DNA of 63,328 nucleotides, filler included, from Rhabdomonas costata (GCA_019059605.1; 54 parts of 54 records of this genome joined end to end with filler, not necessarily neighbours in it); one strand, 5' to 3'. Positions 36,843 to 50,512 are shown, counted from the whole stretch's first letter. A program made the numbers and translations. Notes: generated by a model not told the origin, from the letters alone.

Positions 36843-38439
36843 CTGTGGAACAAAAACTCCATGCGGGAGACCATTCAATCGGTTCAACGGCACTATGGGA
36901 ACGAGGCCATGGTACGAAATGGAACCAGATGTTGTTCGAAGGAGAGGTATTGGCATTCAGAGGTGTTCTTGTGTTCGTGAAGATTGGATGGGGAGGGTCT
37001 CGCATCATGTCGTTTTTCAAGAACAGAATAAACTGAGAAAGCGAATGCAGTTCTGTTTCCTTCGCAGTTTCTTGCGGAAACATTATGCAGGGTCAAACAT
37101 ACCTTTACGCTCGTAAAGAAAACGTCAACGACAGTGTGCAACCCACGGGTGCCGAAAAACGAAAAAACTTCCGGGTGGTAAAAACAATAGCAGAAACAGA
37201 CATGTGACCTCGGGGAGGTGGACGTGACATCCAGGGGTCGAAGTGGCCGATGCATTACTTTTTGAGTTTTTGACCTTTCCACCTTTTCGGTGATCGCAAA
37301 AGTTTCAAAATTCATCACCCTCAAAATTTCTCTCAATCCAAGCGACAACCGAAAAAGAATACGAAAAATTCATCCACATCTCACATGTCAGTGCGCACAT
37401 AATGAGGAGTCCTTATTGCGAAACTTCTCCATAACACACGCAGATTCCAAATCCGTCGTACAAAACCACCAAACATACCCACCACANNNNNNNNNNNNNN
37501 NNNNNNNNNNNNNNNNNNNNNNNNNNNNNNTTAATTAATTAANNNNNNNNNNNNNNNNNNNNNNNNNNNNNNNNNNNNNNNNNNNNTCGATCTAGCCGCA
37601 TTTTCAATTTTCCATTCGTCGTTTTATCGAATGTCTTTTGAGGACATTTTTATTCTCCTCCGAGACCAATCCATCTTCATGACCAATGCACTGGAGACGA
37701 GCAAAGCCAACAATCGTGAATTTAAACCAGCACTAATTGAATTTGCTCAAGCAATAACAGGTAAACAACTGCCAAAAAGTCACAGATCAGCCTAGGGTTC
37801 ACATCAGCCGATAACTAGAATGCAAGCCGAAGAGCACAATTACTTTCGCAAGTTGGATGGAAATCTGGCAGGACTCCTACAGTGTTTGAATCAAGTCGAG
37901 CATATAAAACAAACCAAGCAGCTGCTTGTCCAGGTTTCAGTACGGTACGCCATGCGTGCCATGGAGGTAGGCGCATTTGGCCATTTCTAAGAATTCAACC
38001 ACAAGCTGAGCTGGTTTGTGCAAAATTTTGCGGTACAGATTCCTTCCAGCGTAGATCTAGACAAATTACTTTTGAAACTATATCAACTCAAGATTTGCGG
38101 AGATTTCAATCTAATTTCAGGCTTACCTACAACATCTCAAAGCAGTCGATTAAAGGGCACTCCTCCTTGCATTTATTAAAGATCTGGATATTGGTTTTCT
38201 GGTTGCCCATGGCAACCAGGCGACGCCATATCAAGCCTTTGAGTTGGCTTCGGCGCTACCATTGGGTCTGACAACGCCATGGAAGAGCTACGCCAAACAA
38301 GCGAATACTGCCTGACGATTAACGACAAGGTACGGATATTTTAGAATATTTGTTTTGACCAAACACCAAAGAGCTTCAGGAGGAAAAGCGGAAGAACTAC
38401 AATTACGGCCGACGTTGGGAAGATAACAAAATCGTCATG

Positions 38440-38620
38440 CCGAGTAATTGTGTGAATGATATTATCACAGCGCAACACAATCGTGTCACTTGTGGATTCA
38501 TCGGACAGTTATTGTGATCAAACGTCGGTTCTTCGTTCCACGGATGCTAATACTGGTGCTCCAACACATTGGGTCATGCAACGTCTGTCAAAACAAAAAC
38601 TCTGGTATCAGGGGCCCTGT
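38440..38620 (+). mobile_element. Degenerate LTR-retrotransposon integrase zinc-binding (HHCC) region
   Basis: ...DIITAQHNRV and, frameshifted, IHRTVIVIKRRFFVPRMLILVLQHIGSCNVCQNK; the upstream part of the contig may be decayed pol. Confidence 0.65.
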
Positions 38621-38841
38621 GTTTAGCACCAGTATTAGCATCCGTGGAACGAACAACCAACNNNNNNNNNNNNNNNNNNNNNNNNNNNNNNNNNNNNNNN
38701 NNNNNTTAATTAATTAANNNNNNNNNNNNNNNNNNNNNNNNNNNNNNNNNNNNNNNNNNNNGGGGGTGGTGGGGGCGACAACAGTTGCGCCCGACATACC
38801 ACGACATACAAACACGAATGCAGAAAAAGAGGCAGAGATAC

Positions 38842-39579
38842 CATCCCGTGTGGCGTTCTTGAGGTTGGCATAAAAGTTCTCGATCTGCCTCCACAGCAGG
38901 TTTGGGGGCTGGTTCTCCATGGCCCGGTCAAAACCATCCGCGATGCAGGCCACCATGAAGTTCAGCAGCACAAACAGTGCTAGGATCTCGAAGGCCCAGA
39001 AGAACAGACCCGCCAGGTACCGGTTCTCATCGCGCATCCCCAGGTAGTCAAAGTCTCCCATTAGCATCCTGCCATGGAGGAGAGAAGGCAGCCCATGTAG
39101 GCAAAGGCTAATCCTCACTCCCCCGGGCCAGCGACTGCCTTTCCAAAGCTTATCACCAGTGAATGGCTCGCTTTCAAATAGGGGCGTTGCCTTTTTTTTT
39201 GGGGGGGGGGTAATTATACAGCACCGTGACAATCAAGCTTAACCCACATACTTGATTTTATGGGGCAGTAACTTTACTACCCGGATAATAGCATCACCAC
39301 GACCAAACCGTAATGTTTACAGCTGTGAATGCGGAGGACAAGCTGTTGGGGATGCATCGCAAAAGTCCTCCGCCTGCTCCAGAGCGGAAGGGTCCATCCT
39401 ACTCTGTGACTGGTGTGGTAGTGGGGGTAAGGCAACCTCATCAGGTTTCCAAAGGCGTAGCCAACATCGCGGAAGTCGTCGATCCCTGCCGCAAAAAGGG
39501 TGGTCGCCGTCATGCTGAATCCCAGCACCACAAAAAGGAACAGCACCAGCACCCCCAGGAGGTTTTTCTGGCAGTTCGC
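38842..39579 (-). CDS. Polycystin-2 (PKD2)-like channel, two exons (39579-39437, 39068-38842)
   Basis: VVLGFSMTATTLFAAGIDDFRDVGYAFGNLMR-MLMGDFDY...NRYLAGLFFWAFEILALFVLLNFMVACIADGF corresponds to S5-pore-S6; GT-AG boundaries. Confidence 0.92.
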
Positions 39580-41111
39580 CTGCGAGAGATGGGTGTGCAA
39601 GTGCGCACACACTCTCTTTCAGTACGCATTCTCTTCCTTTTTTCAATAGAGACTGTGTGCGTGTCGTTTACAGCTCATCATTGTTACTTGGCAACTCATG
39701 GGTCACCATATGCGCCGACGCCGTCGCTTTGCAGCCCCTTCGCCCCATCAGGTTCCAGGGGCTTCCGCCATTAACCTCTCCCCTGCGAATCTTCTGCGAA
39801 ACTCCCCCTGGAGTGAAAGTGTCGGCCCCAACACAANNNNNNNNNNNNNNNNNNNNNNNNNNNNNNNNNNNNNNNNNNNNTTAATTAATTAANNNNNNNN
39901 NNNNNNNNNNNNNNNNNNNNNNNNNNNNNNNNNNNNTGTTTGTGTGGGGGGTTTCGTGTTCATGCGCACCTGTGCGCCTGAGCGGGGTTATCGGGCGGCC
40001 CACCAGCATAGTTTTGTTCATCATTTAACGTTCCCCCTCACAGTGCTGAGGAAAAATGAAGGTAGCTTCAGAAGCATGTGTCTCCACGGTATATCTCTGA
40101 TATCGTTTACCGCGCTTTCGGAGCTGATTAGTGAAGCTCCTCTCTTGTCACCCGAGCTCGTGGTGTGGGTCCATACATTTGGTGGGGGGTCCGCTGTGCC
40201 CTCACAGATGTTTGGGCTTAGGTTCATATTGGGGAAGCACTCAGAAAAAAGACCTGAGCCGCGCAGCGCGGAGACCGCAGTAGCCGGGCGAAGAAGAAAG
40301 GAGGCACTGCTCGAAGACATTGTCAAACGGAAAACAAGTGAAGCCTGCGCAGGTGCGAAAAAAGCACCCAGAAAAAGAAGGAGAAGCAGGAATTTCGGCA
40401 GCACCCGAAGGCGTAATCGTGAGGTGTCCCCCACTGCATGACCACAGTCTTTCAGGGTTGCGAAAAAATGATTACACTCAGCCACATAAAGCACAGGTAT
40501 GTGGTTTCCCCCACTTCCTCCGCATTGGACAGTGCACTTTGACGGTAACTGTTCATAGCAGGCCATACCAGGCCCTATTTGACGGTACATAGCGTCAATC
40601 ATTCCAATTTCATAACCAAAATACTGCGTTTCTACGCAACAGCCTGGCACCAGAGTGGAACTGCTCAAAGTTCAATACAAACCTCTGTTCAATGTAATCG
40701 CAGAAAAAAGAACGAAAGGTTATGCTCAAAAATTGGGCCAAACAACACACCTTCGGTTCAAAGTTCAATTGGGCAGGGTACAGGGTGCTTACTGCTGAAA
40801 GCAGTCCCAAAAAAATGAAATCATTCACTTCAAGACAAGGATTGGAGGAGATGAAGACGCAATACCAGCTGGCGCGCCCCCATGGAACCCCTTGGCTTAG
40901 CCCTCATCAAATCAAGAACACTAGCTGTTGAAAACAAAAGCCCCTCAAAAAGCAACTGGGCAAAAATACATGTGAACCTTCATCTCAAGCATGAGCAGGT
41001 TGCACAACAAANNNNNNNNNNNNNNNNNNNNNNNNNNNNNNNNNNNNNNNNNNNNTTAATTAATTAANNNNNNNNNNNNNNNNNNNNNNNNNNNNNNNNN
41101 NNNNNNNNNNN

Positions 41112-42084
41112 GGGAGTACAACGTCCCATAAACAATAGCAACATAAAGACTCAGCAGAAGGACAATGGGTTCCCAGAAAAGGAGTTGCCACGGTCGTAAC
41201 AAAGAAGTCCTCAGCAAAACACGCAGTCGCAGATCCTTCCCCTTGTCAAGCATACAAATGTGACGCTTGCCCGTAACTTCCGTAAGTCGGCGAGCCCTCC
41301 AGCGGAGAAGAACAGGCGCATACGTCTCGGGAAGGGTAAGAAAACCCACAAACAGGACAACTCCCGCAAAGATGGTCAGGTAGCCGATGACCCACTTCCA
41401 GCCCGACGTCATCCCTAGAAACCCTCCCGTGATCGGACCCAATGCTGGGCCCAAGAAGGGTGCGGCGGCAAAGACGGCAACCGCTAGCCCTCGCTCCTTC
41501 GCAGAAAACATGTCCGCAAGCGTCCCGCCCGAATTCACCAAGGGACTGGCACCGAAGAACCCAGCAAGGAACCGGAACACAAGAAGCGTCTCGGTGTTTT
41601 TCGCGGCAATGGTGACCCCTTGCCAGAAGGTGAACAGGGCATACGTGACGATAAAAAGGTTCCGGCGGCCAAGCACTTCCGAGAGGGGAGCCCACAGCAA
41701 GGGTCCGAAGGCGAAGCCAAGGACAAAAAGGGAGACGCCGAGCGTCAAGATCACTGTGGTGGCCGGAAACTGAATCGCAATGGATTGGATGCCGCCTGCA
41801 TACGCGCTCGACGCGAGCGCGACAGATAGCGTAGCAACAGCAACCAATAGGGTGACGTACCATTTGTACGCCCGACTCCAGGTCAGAGCGTTTTCAGCAT
41901 CGTTCGGAAGCCACTCTACCAAGTACGGGTCCTCCTCCGTGCCGGAGCCCGCATACTTGTGGTTCAAGAGCTCCTCGAACGGTGTTTCGTAGAGTTTCCA
42001 TGGGAGCCTGAAAGTCCTGTGCGAACTCTGCGTGAGGGCTGCCATCGAGCCATTCGACTTGCCCGCTTCCAAGTCAGTTTGCAT
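41112..42084 (-). CDS. MFS drug:H+ antiporter (DHA1 family), fungal-type, intronless, 3'-truncated
   Basis: YAGSGTEEDPYLVEWLPNDAENALTWSRAYKW N-terminal motif, GPLLWAPLSEVLGRR (motif A), FRFLAGFFG, GGTLADMF, APFLGPALGPITGG. Confidence 0.95.
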
Positions 42085-42494
42085 TTTGAAAAAGGAGTGC
42101 GAAAATAATGCAGGGACGCCGTGATGCAGAAAGAAAAATCCGAGAATACCATGCGATATGCAAGATGCGGACGCATAACCAAACCCNNNNNNNNNNNNNN
42201 NNNNNNNNNNNNNNNNNNNNNNNNNNNNNNTTAATTAATTAANNNNNNNNNNNNNNNNNNNNNNNNNNNNNNNNNNNNNNNNNNNNGGTGTTGTGTACTC
42301 ACTGTGGTGCATTGTGGTGTGTCCTCTTTTTCTTGTAAGGCAGGTGCCGAAGGGAGGTCTCGCGAAAGCCCGTGACCAGACCCCCATAAGTTCCATTAAT
42401 TAATGCTTTGTGTTCCAGCGCATGTCTCCGTCATTGGACGCATGCAATGTCAGCCAATGCGGTCGTGCTAGCGGTTTGGTGGCTTGTTGATCAG

Positions 42495-43350
42495 AGTGCA
42501 GGAGCGCTTATTCGAGAGCAATCGGTGACCTTCACGGGGTCCACCGCAAGTGCAACTGTGAGGAGAAGAGCAAGCTCCGGCGCACCTGATATGGGCTTCA
42601 CGCACAGTCCTCGGCCGTGCACGGTGGCTTGCTTCGACCTCAACGGATTTACTGCACTCACCGCTGCCAAGGACCTTGACAAGGTCGCTTTTCTAGCGAG
42701 GCTGTTTCTACATTTTTGGCCACTCTTGTCGGCTCTGAAGGTCTGTTGACTGGTTAAGTAGTTTAAACTCCCAACGACCCACAACTCAGGAGACGTTCAC
42801 GTGACATATGTGTGTTAGCGCATTGAGCGTTCGTGTGCGTCTCTCTGCACAGTCCGGCAGCTTTCACTCCGTGGGAATAATAATAATAACCTTCCGATAT
42901 GTTGATGGTCGATTCAAAGCGGTCCCGCCAAACCCTCGGCCTGCTCCCTTGCACAGCTGCAGCGCGTGTACCACCGCTACATCGAAGTGGTCCACGAGCA
43001 GGTCACTGCCCACCGCGGGATGGTGGACAAAGTCCTTGGGGACCGCGTGCTGGCGCTGTTCAACGTCCCACGGCGGTGCAGCCGAGCGGAATACCGTGCG
43101 GTGAAGTGTGCGTTGGAGGTGCTGGCGCAGTGGGACAGGGCACAGCTCCTTCCTCTCAATCCCTCTGCACCAGTCTTCTTGCCCAGTGGGGAGCAGATTT
43201 TGTCGCAGCGTGGGCTGGCCTATGCTGTGGCCACCCCTGCGATGGCCTTACCCTCGACCGCAGAGAGCTTTCCAGGCGCGGAGGAGGTCGACGTTCCCGT
43301 GCTGCTTGGGCTCCGCGTGGGCATCGCAAGCTCCCCTGTGAGCTTGCGAT
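42495..43350 (+). CDS. Class III adenylate/guanylate cyclase catalytic domain (exons about 42495-42683 and 42957 onward)
   Basis: TVACFDLNGFT...-LQRVYHRYIEVV...HRGMVDKVLGDRVLALFN...AVKCAL...LRVGIAS; both metal-binding Asp residues are present. Confidence 0.9.
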
Positions 43351-46300
43351 GCCCACACAACNNNNNNNNNNNNNNNNNNNNNNNNNNNNNNNNNNNNNNN
43401 NNNNNTTAATTAATTAANNNNNNNNNNNNNNNNNNNNNNNNNNNNNNNNNNNNNNNNNNNNGTGGGGGGTTGTACCAATATTTTGTGTCGATAATATTAC
43501 AGCGTCTGCGTTTTTGTGTCAATTATTGTTGCTTAGGTTTTAAGTACTGGGCTGTTGGATTTTGTGATTCATGTGGCTGTATCAGTATCTCGGACGCAGT
43601 TGCTTTCACGCACCACGCTCCCTATCACGGCTGGAGAAAGACAGTCACCCGAAGGATAACGAAACAGCCACGATAAGTACCGTCTACACAGTGCTTCTCT
43701 CTCTCTCCCTTATTCCTGCTTCGGCACATTCTTCTTGCGCTTCTTCTTGCGCTTCTTCTTGCGCTTGTTTGCGAGTAGAGTAAGTCTGGAGTCGTCCTCT
43801 TCACGACAACTGCCTTGAAACTGCCTCTGAACAGGAGTAACAAGCTGATTCAGGGTTTTCTTTTTGGTGCACAATGTTGACTTTGCAAAACATCTCTCTC
43901 AGCCGTGGACAAAAGACGTCGTCTCGCAGTGTCAGAGAGCGGTCGCCAAGTTTCCTTTCCTTTTTATAGGGGGTGAAGAAAGGAGAAGGGAAAGTTGAAA
44001 TGATTTTGGAAATGGATAGTTTGCGCCGTCGTCATTGATTTTCCCACATGGAGCCAGAATGGGATCGGATGAAACCAGATAATGTGGTTGATACCAGAGG
44101 GACAGGATGGAATTTTCTCCGACACCCAATTTGTCGTCATTCTAAGTCGACACACACCTTCCTTTTTATACGACCGCGTGGCGTACTTTCGTTTCTGTGA
44201 GTTTTTCATCCCGCCTTGCCTTCTCGCTGCAACCCCGAAAAGCAGTGCTTATCGGTTTATTTGCTCAACAAATGGCAATGGCATCACTCCTTCCAAAGGT
44301 AAATCCAAAGGTGCCGGTTTCCTAGCGCTCTCCCCTCCTGCAAAACCAAGACTCTCTTACTCAAGAATTCCACATGTTGTTCAACAATTTCCCACTTCCG
44401 TGACATGCAAGCATCATAACTCTCCACACGATTCTTCTACCGCGGCGAAAAACAGCACCAAATAATCAACATAGGGCAAATAAAGAGAACCATTCTTCCA
44501 GACAATTGTGGCTGCAGTCGTTCACCACCACCCACCNNNNNNNNNNNNNNNNNNNNNNNNNNNNNNNNNNNNNNNNNNNNTTAATTAATTAANNNNNNNN
44601 NNNNNNNNNNNNNNNNNNNNNNNNNNNNNNNNNNNNTTGTTTTGGGCACCTTATATCACTCCCGGGATTTATTGGCATCACCATCAGGGTGCCCGCGACC
44701 GCGAAAAATGCTTTCACCAGGATGGTCCTGGCCTACGTGGTGCCCATAACAGAAAAATTGGTGTAGCACCAGGCGGTGTTATGGAAACATAAATGGCCAG
44801 AAGCGTCAACCTGTCGATCATCATGCCGGACTTGAAGGAAGACGGCGCCCCACTTAAGTTGACCGTCGGGCATCCGGGGTCCCATACGGGAATGTCGCCA
44901 CTGACGCTCTTGCCGCGTCGGACTTGACATAACCAAAACGACGCACACGTCGCCGATCAAAACCAATCCGCTTAGGCGGTCCTTAGTCTGGCCGCGCGCC
45001 TCTCTTAGAAGCCGCGCAGTGCTGGATTCGGTGCTCCTGCTCCGGCGGACCCGCTTTATCATTGCGGGGCGATACCCGTAACAACGCAACAACGAGGTCC
45101 GAGGAGGAGCGCCCCTTCGTCGACGGCGCCGATTCGCTGGTCAGTGCGGCGGTTTTGGACATGAGCGCGTCGTGCGGCGGTGTCGCAGACAACAAAAACG
45201 GGGGACAGCGAGCGCGAGAGCAGCCGGGAAGATAGCGAGAAGAGCGAGGAACCCAGCCCAACCCAACCCAAAGGCCCAACAAGCCGTGGCACCCCGGGCC
45301 TGCCACCTTCGGGTCCAAGCTGGAAAGGGCACGCGCGGAACGGGATTTGCAAAAGGTCAGTGTTTCAGGGAAAGGGGACCAAGAAGCAGCAAAGAGTCAT
45401 AGCCCAACGTCGCAATGAGGGGAAAGGGGCAGCGATGGGTGCAAAGAACACTGCGCTTACGCAAGCACCTTGGAGGCAACAAACAGCGCCGCCTCGTCGG
45501 GGGTGTCGGGCCGCGCCAGCAGGGCCTTTCCGCGCTGCTCCGCGACGTCCGGGAAGAAGCACACCGTGGCTGTGGGGCGGTGCACCAGGGCCACCGCCTT
45601 CACAGAAACCACCACTACCAGCAACAGCTCCCAACGACTCTCCATCATTTCCATGTCACATGGCTTCTGTCTTTTAATCGCAAAAAACCATATACAAACC
45701 CAAAACAAACANNNNNNNNNNNNNNNNNNNNNNNNNNNNNNNNNNNNNNNNNNNNTTAATTAATTAANNNNNNNNNNNNNNNNNNNNNNNNNNNNNNNNN
45801 NNNNNNNNNNNGGGGGGTTTGGCACGGGAGCGTATATCGTCACACCACACCAAGAAAACCACGCTAACCACCATCAAAGGTTGAAATCGAACACAATGAA
45901 CAAAAATTGGTCGCTTGTTTTTGGGCCAGTTTTTTTTTTTGAAAAAAGCGGCATCAGTGTGTCCGCAGTCTTCGATTTGGGTGACCGGGACAGTGTGCAC
46001 GTATAATTAAGCTAAAAGGGGCAGGGTTGGGTTCAACCGTTAAACGGCGCTAACCGTAAGTTCCCCGCAACCCCTCTCCAAAAAAATGCCCCCATCACTG
46101 CTGTGAGATTGGCGAGGAAATCGCCTGTACTGAAGCAATAAGCATGGGACTGGTGTGGCGGGGTTCCAAGTACTGACCTCTTTTTGCAGCTGAAGGACCT
46201 TCTGCTGGGCCAGCCGGAGCTCTACCGAAGAGGCTCCCGAGGAAGGCCTTTGGGCCGAGGCTGCTTCCTGCTGGATAGCCGCCTGCCGAAGCTCGGCGAC

Positions 46301-46987
46301 CCAAAAAATAGTTGAGTGTGGGAGAAAATGCTTCTAGCATCGCATAAACTGCAATTGCATTCTGTTAAGATTCACTGCTCGTTCAACTGCTGATAAGCTT
46401 AAGCACACAATTTCATGGTGACAATTTCAGAAGGCTACTCAGAGGAGAAGCCGGGTTCACAGGAAGAGAAGTTCCACGGAGCATTCACTTTTCTTTGCGC
46501 TGCGATCGAAGGACCAACCGGCCGATTATACCTTTCACCTTCTGCCACACTCCCGTTACTCTTTCCCACTGCCGAGCGCTCCCTCCCATTCGTTGGTCGC
46601 CAAATCTTCCCCTCTCCATGTGCCATATCTCCTCGGAAGACAATGGTCCATTCCGTGTTATCAAAGACACTCGTTCACCCGGGAATCCTCCCTCTATTTC
46701 TTTGCTCTGTGTTCGATGTGTGCTGTTTGCTGCAAGAACGATGTGCAGTGGCTGGGAAATATGTGAAGAGGATGTTCTGTTGATGTTGTGCTGGGCAACA
46801 CGAGTTTGTCAATGGTCCAAGGACCAACCTCTTGTTGCCCAGCACAACATCAACAGAACATCCTCTTCACATATTTCCCAACCCACNNNNNNNNNNNNNN
46901 NNNNNNNNNNNNNNNNNNNNNNNNNNNNNNTTAATTAATTAANNNNNNNNNNNNNNNNNNNNNNNNNNNNNNNNNNNNNNNNNNNNG

Positions 46988-48061
46988 GTGTTTGTGATCC
47001 CGATCTTTGCGACGGTTAGTCGCGAGGTGGGCTCCTGCGAGGGCACCACACACTTGCAGCGGCTGCAAGCCACCGCGGCGGCGTTGCAGGCCTCGGCGTT
47101 TTACCGCAGGGCTGGTGGGGCAGACCATCTGCTGGTTTGCGGGGACTGGCGCTTCGTGCTGAACAATGACTTTATGCCCCCGCTGAGAGGAGTCCTTCGC
47201 CGGTGTGTGGTGGCGCTCTTCAGCTTCCACTCTGATCTGCGAATCTGTGTGTCGATCTTGTATTTTTCTCCCAAGTTGTTGTTGTTTCCCATGTTTTCTC
47301 CCAATGTTTGCATTTTAATGTAGCTGCTGACATATATGACTTCGCATCGAATTCTCCATTGGGGATGGGATGTACTGGGACTCGAAATCAGTGCGGAAGA
47401 TTGTTTAGTTGTCGACTGCCTGTGTGTTACCCTTCTGTAAAGTAATCTCAGTGCACCATTTTGGGTGTTTTTCTGATTTCCTGATTGACTTTCCCGAGCA
47501 CATCTCTCGTATATAGCCACAAGTTGGGCTGTTGGAAGTGTACAGGTGGGCATCAAACGCACACATACGCCATCTTTACTCCGGATCCGCTCTTCCTCAA
47601 AATCACCCCTTCCCTATTCCCTCCCTCTTCCCGAGTGACGCTCATGTAGCACTGCAGAGCGCTATCCATATTCTCTCCTTTCCCGTCGAGGGTTGCAACA
47701 CTCAAGCCGCCCTTTTCTTGTCTTCATCTTTGTCTTGTTTGTCTTGCGCTCATAACCTTTAAAGCAGCACGTCATTGTGGTTGAAAACAGACTTGTTCAC
47801 ATACGGAATGGTCGAGCTTTCGCTTCTCGTCCGTGCCTTTTGTCCGTGAGCTTCTTAAAGGCATTTGGACCCATTTTTAAAGGAGGCTTTCCTTTCTCGC
47901 CTTCCAACAGGGTGATGGCTGCGACGATGGAGGCCCCGCTGGCTGTCTTCCACAGGATGCCTTGGTGCCGCAAGAATTGCTTCAAGACAGGAGGGGTGTT
48001 CATTCCGCTGCCGTTTGTGGACAACCCCCATGTCCACCGCCTGCTGGCCCAGGGCCACGGC
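46988..48061 (+). CDS. Exostosin-family (GT47) glycosyltransferase, two exons (to 47202; from 47911)
   Basis: FVIPIF...FYRRAGGADHLLVCGDW motif; in-frame CG|GTGTGT...caacag|G join to ...FIPLPFV. Confidence 0.75.
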
Positions 48062-48164
48062 NNNNNNNNNNNNNNNNNNNNNNNNNNNNNNNNNNNNNNN
48101 NNNNNTTAATTAATTAANNNNNNNNNNNNNNNNNNNNNNNNNNNNNNNNNNNNNNNNNNNNGTG

Positions 48165-49177
48165 GGGTGGGGGTGGAGCTCACCCCGGGGAGCATCGCGT
48201 TGACAACTACTGACCCAGGCAGAGAGCTGTAGAAGACTACCGTGCTGATATTGCTGGAGATCAGCACGGGAAGGCTCCCGCCGGCACCGAGGAGGGAGAA
48301 GGCCGTGGAGATTCCAGAGAGGGAGTAGGGAGCCCCGGTGGTGTCAAAGAGGGCCACCTGACAGGTGACCAAGGCGCGGACGCGGGCCGGGCGCGGGGTG
48401 CATGTGAGAGTGGTGGCGTTGGGGTCGACGGGGGCTGTCACGATTGGAAAGGTGCTGAACTGCTGCTGTGCAGGCTGGCCGGAAACCACCTGGCGGAGGA
48501 GCAACACAGCGCCGTAACACGACCCACACAAACGCAAAGAAGAATTCCGCATTCATTCCGCAGTGTTAGCAAAACCGGAACAGCTCAACTTTTTAATAAG
48601 ACGTCCGTTCAGAAATCGAAAAAGCCGGTTAAAGTTCTTACTTAGTTGCATCGAACCCCGAGGAAGGGTGAGACGCCCGTCGAGTAACAGTGTCGGTTAC
48701 AAGGAGGTTCTTCTTCACCAAAAGTCTATTCCTGCACCGACTCCTTTACAATGGAAACGCCGTGCTGGATGTGGTTATAGGCACACTCCTGGGACAGTTG
48801 TTGGCGTTCTCATAGTGACAAATTTCCATACAACGAGATACCCCCCGCTATAAGAGGCCCAAAACCCTGCACACCCTGAACTGAATCGTGCCGGGAGTGG
48901 GCATGACCCTGACCCAGAAGGTTGTTGTGGAGCCGTTGTCCACGCGGTCGTGGATCCCAGTGAAGTCGTCGCCGTAGTTGACGGTCACTGTGATCGCGGG
49001 CTGGGCGGTGGCAGCGGGGCCCCCGGAAGAGTCCACACTAATCAGGGTACAGCTCAGAATCCCATTGACCAGCACAGGCTGCGGGGTGCAGGAGACGGAG
49101 AGGCCCACAGGTGGCCCTGGGGTGGCGATGCCACTCCAGGAAGCGTTGGTGCCGGGGATAAGGCCAGGGAAGAAGGC
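48165..49177 (-). CDS. Large extracellular Ig/filamin-like repeat protein, two exons (49177-48875 and 48489 to contig end)
   Basis: Repeated xxCTP.P......x.C.....D..G units; phase-0 GT-AG join. Confidence 0.65.
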
Positions 49178-49357
49178 CTGAGTTGTGTGAGGGAGCACGA
49201 CGTTAATGAGCCATAGGAAGAAGGACAAACCACCCCNNNNNNNNNNNNNNNNNNNNNNNNNNNNNNNNNNNNNNNNNNNNTTAATTAATTAANNNNNNNN
49301 NNNNNNNNNNNNNNNNNNNNNNNNNNNNNNNNNNNNTGTGGGTTTTGTTATGCGCAG

Positions 49358-49576
49358 GCCGACCGCCTGTTTGAGCAGAACAACTCCCTGAACTCCTTCC
49401 GGACTCAGGAAATGGTGCATAGCATCCTGGAAGCCTTGCCACGACCATGCCACATCGCGGCCTTCTCTGCCACTATCCCCGACGAGGTCCGCGACCTCGC
49501 GGAGACCTTCATGACCAGGGACCTGTACTTCAAGATCGGGGAGGTGCTCACGGGGTGTAACCCCCGGATCACCCAG
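49358..49576 (+). CDS. DEAD-box RNA helicase, internal exon (end of motif II through motif III)
   Basis: ADRLFEQ...IAAFSATIPDEVRDLAETFM...NPRITQ; CAG acceptor, GTCAGG donor. Confidence 0.88.
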
Positions 49577-50512
49577 GTCAGGGCACCGCAAGTTAGGGGC
49601 ACTTGGGGATACCGTACACTTTAAATGTCACCTTTTAGGGTTTAAAGCAACTATACTGCTGTGGGCAGGGACCAGCCCGTTGCTGGTTGTTAGCGGACGA
49701 GTCGAGCTGCATCAGTTCAGGAGTTGAGGCCAGCGGGAACGTGGTGTGGTGCGTTGAATAACGGCTTTATCGCACTATTGGAAAAGAGCATGCACACTCT
49801 CCAGGCGGTAAGAGCGAGCAGCCCCGTTCGGCGTGGTTGGTTTTTTGCAAATACGTTGTGGGTGCGCTCGTAAACCCTCCGCTGCCTGGAGCAAGAAGCC
49901 CCACAAAAGAGATGCGAAAGAGCCGCCCATGGGTGACGCAACCGGCCGAGGGTGAAATTCGGAAAATTCTCATACCCCAATGGCTAGCACGCAGTGTTTC
50001 GGGAGACCTGCTTTTTTGTAGAAAATACCCCACGCTTTGCTTCAGCAAAACCCTGCAAACTTAACTGCTCTAATGCCAACTCTTCTGTGCTGGGGTTCCT
50101 TGTCAGGTTTTGCTCTACGTTCAGCCTCAGGACAAGCAACTGCTCTTGGTCGAGGTATGGCGTCCCCTCCTGCACATCCCCCATATTTGATTTGTTGTTG
50201 TGTTGTTGGACTCCCTCTTTCACTGCTCTTTCCCTGTCCTTTTGGCATTGCCACCTTGACAAAAGTGGTGTTCCAAGAATCGCTTTTTTCTTTTTCTTTT
50301 TGTTGCGGAACATGGTATATCATGGATCATGTAATATATCGATGTGGCGGACACTCCATACCCTTTCACAGTTGCCTTCCCCGGCTCACCCCCCAAGACC
50401 AACACCCAACCNNNNNNNNNNNNNNNNNNNNNNNNNNNNNNNNNNNNNNNNNNNNTTAATTAATTAANNNNNNNNNNNNNNNNNNNNNNNNNNNNNNNNN
50501 NNNNNNNNNNNA

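Noticed and set aside
46753-46880. 48-bp inverted repeat (hairpin)
   Set aside because: It runs into the contig end; consistent with a fold-back artefact.
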